From contig OZ024740.1 of assembly GCA_964016885.1 (NCBI GenBank), positions 320,106,001 through 320,170,000 of the forward strand: a stretch of DNA of 64,000 nucleotides, in the 5' to 3' direction. The first letter of the stretch is position 1. Each line of letters starts with the position of its first letter. The notes below the pieces were generated by a model. It made no database searches, was not told the DNA's origin, and saw nothing but the letters and a program-made list of their open reading frames with translations. Below are positions 1 through 13,910 of this stretch, piece after piece. Source of the DNA: Eledone cirrhosa. Taxonomy: Eukaryota. A program made the position numbers and the translations under genes.

Positions 1-1074
1 TAACGTTATGGATACATGTGTCTATGGAATGCTTAGCAACTTATTATTGGAACGTTCATTCATTCCTTTCTGTTCGACGATTTATTTATTTTATTTTCTG
101 GTTCTTAAGTACATAAGAAATGTATATCCCCGTGGACAGGACAACAGTCTGGTACATGTAACTTTCTTAGAAGTCTTGATATTTATAGACGACAGACAAG
201 ACAAAATGCCTGCTGTTGGTTTGAGTTTCTTAATATAAGCTGATAACATATCTTATCTACACGGCCAGATCGCTTCTACTGCACTTATATAAGATAAAAA
301 TTACATTCTATACCAGAAAGCTTCACAAACATCTGGAATTTTACATTTATAATCTAAACGGGGTTCCATCTCTAAGTTCAAATCCAGTCGAGGTCAACTT
401 AACCTTTCATCATTTAGAGGTCAATGAAAAAAATTATCACTCCAGAACAGGAATCGATTCTTCATCTATATCTCTTTCTTACCCCCTCTCTATCATTCTC
501 TCCTCCGGAAGAAAACAGCTCTGTTCAGACCAGGAGAAAGGGTGGGTTCCACCAGGTTTTTACATATGCTCTATGACTCCACTAAGAGTTACGGGTTCAT
601 ACATGCAGAATAATGTGGTAGTGATAATGTTAGGTGTATTGAGTTAACTGAGGTAAAATGATATATGTAAAGGCTATTGGCGAAAGATGTGTAAAGGTGG
701 GGATGGGGATTGATAAGTAGGCGTGGTGAAAAGTGTGATCGGTGACAATAGAAGAGATAAATATACTATAGGTAAAAGAAAGTTAGTGCTGTTACTGTTA
801 TCTACTCCAGGTCATCCATGATTAGAACATTTATGATCAAATGCACTCAAATCATGATCACTTTGTCTTTTAGAGTAGTGAGACTACAACTAAAATATTC
901 AATGCCTGTAAGGTGTGATACAGGGAGAATTTAGTTGATATTTCTAGCAAATCGAGAAACTAGTTAGATGCTACATTCGGTCTCATGTAATAAGGTTTGG
1001 TGGAATATTGTGTAGTCATAGCAGATCTTCAGTTAGGTGTGAACAATAATCAGGTACGGTGTGGTACAGGTGTA

Positions 1075-4010
1075 ATGTAAATAGGTGTAGTGTGACCAGG
1101 TGTGGTGGAATTTGGTGTAGTGTGACCAGGTGTGGTGGTGATTGGTGTAATGTGACCAGGTGTGGTGTAATTTGGTGTAGTGTGACCAGGTGTGGTGGTG
1201 ATTGGTGTAATGTGACCAGGTGTGGTGTAATTTGGTGTAGTGTGACCAGGTGTGGTGGTGATTGGTGTAGTGTGACCAGGCCTGGTGGTGATTGGTGTAA
1301 TGTGACCAGGTGCGGTGGAATTTGGTGTAATGTGACCAGGTGTGGTGGAATTTGGTGTAGTGTGACCAGGTGTGGTGGTGATTGGTGTAGTGTGACCAGG
1401 TGTGGTGTAATTTGGTGTAGTGTGACCAGGTGTGGTGGAATTTGGTGTAGTGTGACCAGGTGTGGTGGAATTTGGTGTAGTGTGACCAGGTGTGGTGGTG
1501 ATTGGTGTAGTGTGACCAGGTGTGGTGGTGATTGGTGTAATGTGACCAGGTGTGGTGTAATTTGGTGTAATGTGACCAGGTGTGGTGTAATTTGGTGTAG
1601 TGTGACCAGGTGTGGTGTAATTTGGTGTAGTGTGACCAGGTGTGGTGGTGATTGGTGTAATGTGACCAGGTGTGGTGGAGATTGGTGTAGTGTGACCAGG
1701 TGTGGTGTAATTTGGTGTAGTGTGACCAGGTGTGGTGGTGATTGGTGTAATGTGACCAGGCCTGGTGGTGATTGGTGTAGTGTGACCAGGTGTGGTGGAA
1801 TTTGGTGTAATGTGACAAGGTGTGGTGGAATTTGGTGTAGTGTGACCAGGTGTGGTGGAATTTGGTGTAGTGTGACCAGGTGTGGTGGAATTTGGTGTCG
1901 TGTGACCAGGTGTGGTGGAATTTGGTGTAGTGTGACCAGGTGTGGTTTAATTTGGTGTAGTGTGACCAGGTGTGGTGGAATTTGGTGTAGTGTGACCAGG
2001 TGTGGTGGAATTTGGTGTAATGTGACCAGGTGTGGTGGAATTTGGTGTAATGTGACCAGGTGTGGTGTAATTTGGTGTAGTGTGACCAGGTGTGGTGTAA
2101 TTTGGTGTAGTGTGACCAGGTGTGGTGGAATTTGGTGTAATGTGACCAGGTGTGGTGGAATTTGGTGTAATGTGACCAGGTGTGGTGTAATTTGGTGTAA
2201 TGTGACCAGGTGTGGTGGAATTTGGTGTAGTGTGACCAGGTGTGGTGTAATTTGGTGTAGTGTGACCAGGTGTGGTGGAATTTGGTGTAGTGTGACCAGG
2301 TGTGGTGGAATTTGGTGTAATGTGACCAGGTGTGGTGGAATTTGGTGTAGTGTGACCAGGTGTGGTGGAGATTGGTGTAATGTGACCAGGTGTGGTGGAA
2401 TTTGGTGTAATGTGACCTGGTGTGGTGGAATTTGGTGTAATGTGACCAGGTGTGGTGTAATTTGGTGTAATGTGACCAGGTGTGGTGGAATTTGGTGTAG
2501 TGTGACCAGGTGTGGTGTAATTTGGTGTAGTGTGACCAGGTGTGGTGGAATTTGGTGTAATGTGACCAGGTGTGGTGTAATTTGGTGTAGTGTGACCAGG
2601 TGTGGTGTAATTTGGTGTAGTGTGACCAGGTGTGGTGGAATTTGGTGTAATGTGACCAGGTGTGGTGGAATTTGGTGTAATGTGACCAGGTGTGGTGTAA
2701 TTTGGTGTAATGTGACCAGGTGTGGTGGAATTTGGTGTAGTGTGACCAGGTGTGGTGGAATTTGGTGTAGTGTGACCAGGTGTGGTGGAATTTGGTGTAG
2801 TGTGACCAGGTGTGGTGTAATTTGGTGTAATGTGACCAGGTGTGGTGGAATTTGGTGTAATGTGACCAGGTGTGGTGGAATTTGGTGTAGTGTGACCAGG
2901 TGTGGTGTAATTTGGTGTAGTGTGACCAGGTGTGGTGGAATTTGGTGTAGTGTGACCAGGTGTGGTGTAATTTGGTGTAATGTGACCAGGTGTGGTGTAA
3001 TTTGGTGTAGTGTGACCAGGTGTGGTGTAATTTGGTGTAGTGTGACCAGGTGTGGTGGAATTTGGTGTAATGTGACCAGGTGTGGTGTAATTTGGTGTAG
3101 TGTGACCAGGTGTGGTGTAATTTGGTGTAATGTGACCAGGTGTGGTGTAATTTGGTGTAGTGTGACCAGGTGTGGTGTAATTTGGTGTAGTGTGACCAGG
3201 TGTGGTGGAATTTGGTGTAATGTGACCAGGTGTGGTGTAATTTGGTGTAGTGTGACCAGGTGTGGTGTAATTTGGTGTAGTGTGACCAGGTGTGGTGGAA
3301 TTTGGTGTAATGTGACCAGGTGTGGTGGTGATTGGTGTAATGTGACCAGGTGTGGTGGAATTTGGTGTAGTGTGACCAGGTGTGGTGTAATTTGGTGTAG
3401 TGTGACCAGGTGTGGTGGAATTTGGTGTAGTGTGACCAGGTGTGGTGGTGATTGGTGTAGTGTGACCAGGTGTGGTGGTGATTGGTGTAATGTGACCAGG
3501 TGTGGTGTAATTTGGTGTAGTGTGACCAGGTGTGGTGGAATTTGGTGTAGTGTGACCAGGTGTGGTGGTGATTGGTGTAATGTGACCAGGTGTGGTGGAA
3601 TTTGGTGTAATGTGACCAGGTGTGGTGGTGATTGGTGTAGTGTGACCAGGTGTGGTGGAATTTGGTGTAGTGTGACCAGGTGTGGTGGAATTTGGTGTAG
3701 TGTGACCAGGTGTGGTGGTGATTGGTGTAATGTGACCAGGTGTGGTGGAATTTGGTGTAATGTGACCAGGTGTGGTGGTGATTGGTGTAGTGTGACCAGG
3801 TGTGGTGGTGATTGGTGTAGTGTGACCAGGTGTGGTGTAATTTGGTGTAATGTGACCAGGTGTGGTGGTGATTGATGTAATGTGACCAGGTGTGGTGATG
3901 ATTGGTGTAATGTGACCAGGTGTGGTGGAATTTGGTGTAATGTGACCAGGTGTGGTGGTGTTTAGTTTGCAGTGACCAGGTGTGGTGGTATTTAGTTTGC
4001 AGTGACCAAA
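1075..4010. repeat. 30-bp G/T-rich minisatellite, ~97 copies (unit TTTGGTGTA[G/A]TGTGACCAGGTGTGGTG[GAA/TAA/GTG])
   Basis: Exact 30-nt periodicity, two units per sequence line; degenerates at both ends. Confidence 0.97.
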
Positions 4011-4171
4011 TGTATTGGACATTGGTGTACAGTGGTCAATTATAGTGATGGCAAATGTATATTGTCTAGGTTTATAGTACAGTGGTCAGATATGGTGGAA
4101 GTGTTTCTACGGTGTAGAGGTGTAGCTAGGTGTAGATGTGATATATATGGTTGTGTACTTTAACTGGGGTG

Positions 4172-4410
4172 AAGGCGCATGACTTAGTGGTTAGAGCATT
4201 AGGCTTGCAATCGAAAGGTTGTGAATTCAATTCTTGGACCGGGTGATGTGTTGTTTCCTTGAGCAAGACACTTCATTTCACGTTGCTCCAGTATACTCAG
4301 CTGAAAATGAGTACCAGCAATAGCTGGAGGTTTAACCCTGCGATGGACTGGCGTCCCGTCCAAGGGGGAGTCTTGTACTCTCAGTCGCTTCACGCCATGA
4401 AACTGGTTTA
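4172..4410 (+). mobile_element. tRNA-derived SINE, family B
   Basis: A-box-like TGACTTAGTGG and B-box-like GAATTCAATTC. The body TCCTTGAGCAAGACACTTCATTTCACGTTGCTCCAG...CCCTGCGATGGACTGGCGTCCCGTCCA recurs at ~39385-39580 (+) and ~51165-51410 (-). Confidence 0.8.
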
Positions 4411-4804
4411 AGACAGACTTTAGACTTTTTTTTTTAGACTTTAACTAGGTGCGGTGGTTAGTTATATGAAGGTAGATTAATAGTGTCTATGTATGATATG
4501 TGTATGTGATCTGGTGTGGGGAAAATAATGTTAACAAGAAACAGGTGTGGTGAGGGTTAGCGTAAACTGACCAGGTGTTATATATATATATTTTTTAAAT
4601 AGGTTTCCAGATGGTGGCGTTAAGTGTAGAGTGATATAATGTGGTGGAGGTCGGATATGTGAGGTTAGTTGTTCAGGTATTGGTGTGGAATGGCGTGTAG
4701 GTGGAGGTGTATGTCATTATGTTATAGTAATAAAATTTACCACAAAAACAATTTATTGGTGTCTAGACGTATCGATTAAAGCCGAAAATAACCCTTCGGA
4801 TGTT

Positions 4805-4855
4805 ACGGCTGTTGCTGTTGTTGTTACTGTTGTTGTTGTTGTTATAGCTGCTGAA

Positions 4856-4908
<53 letters not shown>

Positions 4909-4909
4909 A

Positions 4910-4972
<63 letters not shown>

Positions 4973-5060
4973 CAGCAGCAGCAGCAGCAACACCGGCAAC
5001 AGCGACAATTGTTGTCGCTGTCATCACTGGTTTTTGTTGCTGCTGCTGTAGTTGTTGTCT
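4805..5060. repeat. Compound trinucleotide microsatellite (GTT/TAG/CAG)n
   Basis: Directly visible runs of TAG and CAG. Confidence 0.95.
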
Positions 5061-5159
5061 GTAGTTGTCTGTAATTATTATTATTGATGTTGAAACCGGG
5101 TGAAATTTGGTTGCACGATATTACAGGTAGTGTTGTCATATCTATTGATAGCGTTTGAT

Positions 5160-5950
5160 GATAGTGGTGGTGGTGACGGTGGTGGTGGTGATGGTGGTGG
5201 TGGTGATGGTGGTGGTGGTTGTGGTGGTGGTGATGGTGGTGGTGGTGATGGTGGTGATGGTTGTGGTGGTGGTGATGGTTGTGGTGGTGTGGTGGTGGTG
5301 GTGGTGTGGTGGTGGTGGTGGTGACGGTGGTGGTGGTGGTGGTTGTGATGGTGGTGGTGGTGGTGGTGGTGGTGATGGTTGTGATGGTAGTGGTGGTGGT
5401 GATGGTTGTGGTGGTGGAGTTTGTGATGGTGGTGGTCACTGTGATGGTGGTGTTGGTGACGGTGATAGTGGTGGTGGTGGTGGTGGTGGTGTTGGTGATT
5501 GCGACGGTGGTGATGGTTGCGATGATGGTGGTGGTGGTGGTGGTGGAGGTTGTGATGGTGGTGGTGGTGGTGGTGACTGTGATGGTGGTGGTGGTGGTGT
5601 TGGTCATTGTGATGGTGGTTGTGATTGTGGTCGTGGAGATGGTGATGTGGTGGTGGTGTCTGTGATGGTGGTGAAGATTGTGATGTGGTGGTGGTGGTGT
5701 CTGTGATGGTGGTGGTGACTGTGATGGTGGTGGTGGTGGTGGTGGTGGTGGTGGTGGTGGTGGAGGTTGTGATGGTGGTAGTGGTGGTGTTGGTCGTTGT
5801 GATGTGGTGGTCGTTGTGATGGTGATGGTGGTGGTGGTGGTGGCGGTCGAACCAGTATTTAAGTACTATATGTGGTGATGGTGCTGGTGGTTTTGGTGTG
5901 ATTTTGGTGCTAGTGGTGGTGGTCGTGGTCATCATCATGGTAGTGGTGGC
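5160..5950. repeat. Degenerate (GGT)n/(GAT) low-complexity tract
   Basis: Directly visible; source of the poly-T/H/P/V/G ORFs. Confidence 0.95.
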
Positions 5951-7941
5951 CGGACCAGTACCGAAACCAGTACTATATGTGGTGATGGTGGAAATGTTTA
6001 GTGGTAGTGGGAATGGTATAGTGTTGGTTTTGATTAATGATAATAGTGTTAGTATCTAAGACGGTATTATCCAATGTGTCTTTCTATTTTTTAAGACAGC
6101 AGGGTGAGACTTAGATGCAATTTGACTACTATTTCTAGCAGGTCGACGAAGCGAGGTGAGGGTTGGGACAGCAAACAACACAGAAAATATTAGAGCAACA
6201 TAAGTGGCTATCAATCTAGTGTCTTTTTTATACCCAGGTCAGTAAGACCTGGTCGAGTAAACTCCTACGATCAAAGGCGTTCCAGCCGTGACCATCTATG
6301 ACGATATTATCCAATAGACAGATTTTTCAAGCAAAATCAACTGGCAGGAGACCCAGGGGTAGACCTTGAAGAAGATAGTTGGATAACATCCATGAGCTAG
6401 GCTGGTTGCGCTTGGGGATCCAGCAGCCGGATCAGTTGGAGACAGCTGCTTCTGAGAGGACCCACAGAAAGGATTGTTTGAGGACTCTGCTGTCACGACC
6501 CTCACAGAAATAAGTGGGCGAAGAAGAAGAAGAATATATGATGATAATTACTGTGAATAAAAAGACTGTTGGAGAGGTAAAAGGGATCATATATAATCGT
6601 TTCTGTAACCCTTAAAGTTATTGGAAGGGGTATGAGCTTTAGAGCATAATTGGTAGTTTATGAGATGTTATCGTTCTTGCGTATAAGGCAAGCTGTTGCA
6701 TGTTCAAATAATTTTGGAGTAAATAAATAATGAACCTTTAACCAAGCCAGTTTAAAATAAGACACGGGTTGAATTTATAAATAAACAGTTCATTGTTTCG
6801 TCCATGTCATATATATCATGTCTATTTCTATTCTACATAGGCAGTGACAGTGGGAGTTTGGTTCCTTTGTGTTCGGACACTGGAGTCGATTTAATCGACT
6901 TTCCCCCCTCCCTCAAATTGCTGGCCTTGTGCCTAAATAAGAAACCATTATTCTGTTCACTAACCCACCCTCGCTGCACTTCACCTAATCCTGTCTTGGC
7001 TTCATTTCCATTCAATCCTTCTTTGTTTATCCAACCAGGATTAATTACCGGTCAGGCTTCGTATTTTCTTAAATAACGAAACTTTAACTAAAACCACGTG
7101 TTGAGCGTCCACCTACCGGTTTTCTCCACCCCACTCCATCCCATTAATTACCTGAGCTGAATTTCTGCTATGTTCCCAGCTTTGTCAACCTGTCCTAAAC
7201 CCGTAGTAAAGTCTACACTAACATAGTTAATATAGTGAGCCAAAGAAATTTAATTAAAATCACATCCGTAGAGATCAGAAAAAAATGCATTGTTTTGATT
7301 ATTAAGTCCGGCCAATAAAGGAAGACAGGGGCGACAACCACCAGAGTTTAAGTTAATTAAAAATAGAATGCAGTGAAGAATACGTCTGATCTTTGGCAGA
7401 ACGGTGATAACGCCACAAGGTTTTCAGTCTTATTAAACCTCACCAGGGAAGCATAGTCTAGCTGTTACTGACAGATCTTAGATAACTAGATAGATATAAC
7501 TAAGTTTGTCTTTTTGTGTATTCACTGAGTTACTTGATAAGATAAAAGTAACACTGGTGGTGGTAGGGTACTTCGTAGGGATATCTTCTGCGTGAGGCAC
7601 GAACAGTAAAGTGAATGTTAACATTTAATGTAGTGGGCGAAAAAATTTCAATTAAAATTACGTCCACAGTAGAGAGCAAAAAAAATTAGAGTCTTGATTA
7701 ATTCTGGTAAAGAAAAGCAGAGACGACAACCCCAAACTTCTGCAGACATGTCACTGTATACCCAAAAGTCAGTGGCGTTCCTTACAGTATTCTATTCTTT
7801 ATTAATTTCAATTAATTTCAATTCATTCAAATTCTTGTCTCTACTGAATCTCTTGACCAGAAGTATAAAACCTTTCCTGAGAGTATTACTAGTCGGTTTA
7901 TATACGGTTTTAAGCTTTGTTCTAGCTTTGATAAGACAATA

Positions 7942-8245
7942 TACGAGAGTGGGCTGAAAAGTTCATAGGCTGAACATTTCATAGGGTGAACATTTCATAG
8001 GATGAAATGTTCATAGGCTGAAAAGCTCATGGGGTGAACATTTCATAGACTGAACAGTTCATAAGCTGAAATATTCATAGGCTGACCAAAATATTCTCAT
8101 GGAATGATCAAATTATTTTTCATCATAGTCAGCGAGAAAACAATGTAGTTATTAATAAGAAGAGTTGAAATTAATGCATGTAAAATTTCACATCTCTAGC
8201 ATCACTCCTTCATAGTCAGTCTATGAACTTTTCAGTCCAGTCGTA
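7942..8245. mobile_element. Tc1/mariner-type MITE with an internally amplified TIR subunit
   Basis: Left TA-CGAGAGTGGGCTGAAAAGTTCATAGGC and right GTCTATGAACTTTTCAGTCCAGTCG-TA are imperfect inverted repeats with flanking TA. About 7 tandem ~19-bp copies of GCTGAAAAGTTCATAG follow the left end. Confidence 0.7.
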
Positions 8246-8257
8246 TAAGTGGAATTG

Positions 8258-8680
8258 GGGGGGTGGATTGGCAGAAATTTCAGAGCATTGGACAAAAATG
8301 CCATTGTGGTATGGTATGTTTTCTGACTCTTTACATTCTGAGTTCAAATCCTGCAGAGGTTAGCTTTGCCTTTCATCCTTACGGGGTCGATAAAATAAAG
8401 TACCAGTAATGCACTGAGGTCGATTTAATCGACTTTCCTCTCCCCTATAAATTGCTGACCTTGTGCCTCAAGTAGAAAATAATAATTATTATTATTTGGC
8501 AGTATTGGTGGAGTGTCGGACAGCATGCTTTGTGGCGTAGTGTTACGGCCCATTACGATCTACATTCAAATCCCGACTGTATGGGGTCGATAAAATAAAG
8601 TAGCAGTAATGAACTGGAGTCAATTTAATCGACTTTTCCTCAAAATTGTTGGCTTTGTGCCTAAATCAGAAACCATTATT
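8258..8680 (+). mobile_element. Two tandem tRNA-derived SINEs, family A (diverged)
   Basis: GAGTTCAAATCC B box plus the GCCTTTCATCCTTACGGGGTCGATAAAATAAAGTACCAG core and (ATT)n-like tails. Confidence 0.8.
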
Positions 8681-9503
8681 GTTGTTGTTTCTGGTGCTGC
8701 TGCTGTTGCTGCTGCTGCTGATGTTGTTGCTGTCGTTGTCGTCATTACTATTTTCTTTTCTTTACTATCTTTGTCTCATCTTTTTTATTTATTCTCTCTC
8801 TCCCATTCTTTTTAATTCTTTCTTTAAATGTTTATACTTCAAGTAATCTTGTAAACTTGCTCTTATTATCAGACAACAATCTTAGAATTTACAAACTGAA
8901 CAAAAATGCCCCGTTTAAGAACAACGCGTAGTTCTACTTGCAAAACAAAAACCAACAGAGGATAGAGACGGTTTGAAGTCCATTAAAACAACCTATCTAA
9001 TATACTTCTGTTACAAGCTGTATTGGCCTTTGCCTTTCCCTTGGACATCATTGGTGGTGTGGATAGGGGAGACTGGTATGCATGGACGCCTGCTGGTCTT
9101 CCACAAACAACATTGCCTGGACTTGTACCTCAGAGGAGAACTTTCTATGTTCAAATCCCATGGTTATTAGTGACCAAAGTGGGTCTTTACCCTTTTACTA
9201 TTAAAGACGTATTGGTCGAAAAACATATTTGCAGAAAAAAAATTGTTCGAACGACAAAATACTAGGATAAATACTCTACACTTGCTACCCGCTTGGCATT
9301 TGACCCCACACTGCACACATAGACAAATCTTTTTTTTTTTTTTAAATCCACTCCTTTCCACTACAAATGACTCCCCAACATTTACACATACATACCAAGT
9401 GCGAAAACATCTCCTGTCGCTTCAAACTAAGGAGGCTACTGGATCTGATATCTCTTCTACTCCTCAAACATTGTAATTCCAGAGCTAACACTTATCCTCG
9501 TTA

Positions 9504-9574
<71 letters not shown>

Positions 9575-10557
9575 GATCCATCTCTATAGAAAATAGCTCC
9601 ACGTTGTACCTGTTCAACTAGACCTATGATTAAAGACATACCATCCGTGAAAACCCCGTATTTTTACGTATCTAAGAGTATACTACGTTCTTTTAAAAAA
9701 AACGATGGTATATGATTTCAGGTAAATTTGGCTGTTATTTCTAGTAGTGGTCCCCTCATTCCACTTTTCCTGAAGCTGCCAATTTGCAACTGTTCAAGTG
9801 AAACATTAACTGAGTCTAAATTCACAGCTCTTACACGGCCTGCGATTACCATGACCATGGCACAACCCCTTCCACCAGATCAAACGAATAAAAATATGCT
9901 GATCATGTAAGTTGCATTTTGTTGGAAAGAATGTTTTTGTTATAATAAGCTCTATAAGTTGTGCCTATATTTTTAACAGACAGAGCCTGGGAGCATGAAA
10001 TATGATACTCAGTTATACATAGTTTAACATTAGTTACAAACGGTTGCATAAAATTTTATTTCGTTACATCAAAGACTTTTATTGATTTTTCCCTTCTTTA
10101 TGTAAAAACGAATTAATAAGTTTAAAAAAAAAAGGTTATTTTTAGTTAAATGGTTGATAACATACAGTTAATCATTTCCGGTTAACAACATCCGGTTAAT
10201 GGCATCCGCTTGATAACATCGACAAAGTGAGGTAGAGAGAGTGTTAAAGAAAGGGGAAGAGAAATAGTGCAGTGAATAGGGAGAAAATAGGAAAACGAGT
10301 TTTGCAAAATAACTTGCATGAAAATATATTTTTTTTTTAGATGCAAATATTGTTACACCGCTCCTGTTTCTCATTTTTTTTTTTTCTTATCAAAAAGATA
10401 TCTCAGCATTAAGGATATAAATAAGACGGCTTGTGTGGTAGGTTTGCCCTTTCTCCACAAGTGTATATATAAAAACGGCTTGCTTGTATGGTGTTATTAA
10501 ACCAAGCTCTACATGGTTACAGAAACGAAAACATCTGAAGTTTGTTTATAGCTTTAG

Positions 10558-10658
<101 letters not shown>

Positions 10659-10869
10659 AGAGAGGTTCAGTGCTGTTGCAACGGCACTCTGCAATAAAAA
10701 GACTGCAATCTACACATGTAAGCAGCCTGAATAATTTTTATTTCTACTCGCCCACCACCACCACCACCGCCATCACTACCCTTTTCCATTTTTTTTTTAT
10801 CAACCGAAGAAAGTAGATATGTTAATGGACGATAGGTTGTCGACACAATTGACATGCATTTAATGAATG

Positions 10870-10946
<77 letters not shown>

Positions 10947-11349
10947 TACACACACACACAAACACACAACACATACACACACATATATATATGTATATAT
11001 GTATATGTATGAATATGTATATGGTGGTATGTGTGTGTACGTGCGTGTGTGTGTCTGTACACATAAACGCCCAATAATCTTATATGTGTTTATATGAAAG
11101 TACACATATAGACACATCACAACAAAAATGATATCGAAACTGTGCCTTCCATTTCATGCCTTTAAGCTGAAACTATATAATATTGAGAAGAGGTTGGTTA
11201 GCTTCTCCACCAGTGAACTAGTAAATAGGGTATTCAGCAGCATGAAACATAAACCTTACATCATATTGCAAGCATGTATATTATAAACTAAAACAAGCGT
11301 TCGAAAACAACAGTTGCTAAAGCCTCATACGATGCTTATTATTAACGGT

Positions 11350-12285
11350 TGCTGATTTAGGCATGTCACAAGGCCAGCAATTTTGGGGGGAATGAGGATA
11401 ATCGATTTAATTGAACCACAGTGCTTGACTGGTACTTTATTGTATCGATCCTGAAAAGATGGAAGGCAAATTTAACCCTGCCTGAGCTTGAACTAAGAAC
11501 GTAAATACCCGTAAATAAATGCTGCAAAGAGTTTTGTCAGACGTCTTAACGATTCTGCAAATTTTGCAAATTTTTCTGAGAGCCCCCTCTCCTCCTCTAC
11601 CCCCGGCATAATAGGGTTAACGCTATTATGCCTATAATAGAGCTAATCCAACAATTTAATAACTCGCCTAACTGGATAGTGTTACGCTTTTAAATAAGTG
11701 TTTCTACTTTAGGCACAAGGCCAGCAAACAGCCAGTACATTACTGGTACTTTATTTTATCGACCCCGTAAGGATGAAAGGCAAAGTTAACCTCGGCGGGA
11801 ATTGAACTCAGACTGTAAAGGGACGTAACTATGCTAGAAAGCATGGCGTCCGACTCTCTACCGATACTGCCAATCCACCGCTTTTAAATAATGGGTTCTA
11901 CTTTAGGCACAAATGTTGTCATTTTTTGTTGGGTAGTCGGTTAAATCAGCACCCAGTACTTGACTGGAATTTCATTTTATCGACTTCGGCTGGATTTGAC
12001 CTCAGAACATAACAAAAAAATAAAAAACAGGACAAATATTACTAAACATTAGTCCAACGTTCTAACGACTCAGCCAACACATCGCCCTCTGTTACACTTT
12101 TTCTTAATACTTTCTAACATTGACTGAAAGCCATCAATTTGGTGGAAGGTGAAAGTCAATTATATTTAACTGGTACTTTATTTTATTGATTCCTCAGATT
12201 TGAACTCAGAACGTAGAAAGTCGTTACTAAATACCACAAAAAATATTGTCCGGTGCTCTATTGACTCTGCTAACCCACCGTCCTT
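11350..12285 (-). mobile_element. Cluster of ~4 SINE family A copies
   Basis: Reverse-complement matches to the family A core (CTGGTACTTTATTTTATCGACCCCGTAAGGATGAAAGGC) at ~11430, ~11745, ~11965 and ~12170. Confidence 0.8.
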
Positions 12286-12914
12286 AGTTACACTTTTAAT
12301 TATGGTTAATAAATATATCATATCAGCTCACGACAAACAATTACATCTCTAAGTCTCTAAGTAGTCGATCAATCTGCTTGAAATAGCAGCCAAGTCATTC
12401 TCAAATCGCATCATAGCAGTACATATTGGCTAATGTAAACATAAATACACGTTGTCTGAAAAATGGCTAGAGTAGTCGCGGCTAGACCGTTTTAGATCAT
12501 AGGTCTGCTCAATCAGGAATTTACTGAACACACAACATATTAGTACAAGGTTATGCAGTCTTGTAGGTCCATCATATGGTTCATCATATGTCACTGGTAA
12601 TTATTTTATCGACCACGGGAAGATGAAAAGCAAAGGCAACCGCAATAGAATTCGAACTCAGAACGTTACAGGACGCAACTAAATATCGCTTAATATTTAC
12701 CAATTAAATATCATATTAGCAACATATACTTAAATGACTGGTTTATGTTTCAGGTCTTTCATGGGCCCTTAACTCTTAATTAAGTCGTAAGGGCGCCGTT
12801 ATTGACTATAGCATGTCTAGAACATTTAAACCAGGTGAAAACTATCCCTCCCCAGGTCGGAACATAGTCTATTTCTTCTAAAACATATAGAGTATACAGA
12901 GATAGTGAGAACGA

Positions 12915-13395
12915 GGTATAGAAGAATATAGAGAGGTAGAGAGGGGGGCATGAGAAAGAGGTATAGAAGAATATAGAGAGATAGAGAGGGAGGCATGAGA
13001 AAGAGGTATAGAAGAATATAGAGAGATAGAGAGGGAGGCATGAGAAAGAGGTATAGAAGAATATAGAGAGATAGAAAGGGAGGCATGAGAAAGAGGTATA
13101 GAGAGATATAGAGAGATAGGGAGGGAGGCATGAGAAAGAGGTATAGAGAGATATAGAGAGATAGGGAGGGAGGGGTAAAAAAGAAGTATAGAGAGATATA
13201 GAGAGATAGGGAGGGAGGGGTAAAAAAGAAGTATAGAGAGATATAGAGAGATAGGGAGGGTAGGGTGAGAAAGAGGTATAGAGAGATATAGAGAGATAGG
13301 GAGGGTAGGGTGAGAAAGAGGTATAGAGGAATATAGAGAGATAGGGAGGGAGAGGTATAGATGAATTAGAGACGTAGTGAGAAAGCGGTATAGAG
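12915..13395. repeat. ~43-bp purine-rich tandem repeat (~10 copies)
   Basis: Unit GAGGTATAGAAGAATATAGAGAGATAGAGAGGGAGGCATGAGAAA with gradual variant drift. Confidence 0.9.
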
Positions 13396-13532
13396 GAAGA
13401 CTCGACCCCATCTCGACTGTATTTGACCTCAGAACGCAGAGAACCGGAACGAATGCCGCGAAGCATTCTATCCGATCTTCTAACGACACTGTCACTTCAC
13501 CATCTTTGATAAGTAGCTATTATTATTGAATT

Positions 13533-13910
13533 AGGGCGGTGGATTGGCAGTATCGGTAGAGGGTCGGACGCCATGCTTTCCAGCATAGTTACGTCCCTTT
13601 ACGATCTGAGTTCAAATCCCGCCGAGGTTGACTTTGCCTTTCATCCTTATGGGGTCGATAAAATAAAGTACCAGTAATGCACTGGATAATTGCTGGCCTT
13701 GTGCCTAAAGTAGAAACAATTATTGAATTAGCAGTATTTGTAGAGGGTCGGACGTCATGCTTTGCAGCACAGTTACGTCCCTTTACGGACTGAGTTCAAA
13801 TCGCGTCAAGGTTAACTTTGCCTTTCATCCTTACGGGGTAGATAAAATAAAGTACCAGTAATGCACTGGGATAATTGCTGGCCTTGTGCCAAAAGTAGAA
13901 ACAATTATTA
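13533..13910 (+). mobile_element. Two tandem SINE family A copies
   Basis: GGCGGTGGATTGGCAGTATCGG (A box), GAGTTCAAATCCC (B box), conserved core, ends TAGAAACAATTATT. Confidence 0.88.

Noticed and set aside
1059-3875. 938-aa Cys/Trp-rich ORF and overlapping His-rich ORF
   Set aside because: Open frames follow trivially from a 30-bp unit lacking stops; no unique flanking coding sequence.
4753-5938. Poly-Thr/His/Val/Gly ORFs
   Set aside because: Translations of trinucleotide microsatellites.
13533-13625. tRNA gene suggested by A and B boxes
   Set aside because: No cloverleaf; it is the head of a multi-copy SINE.
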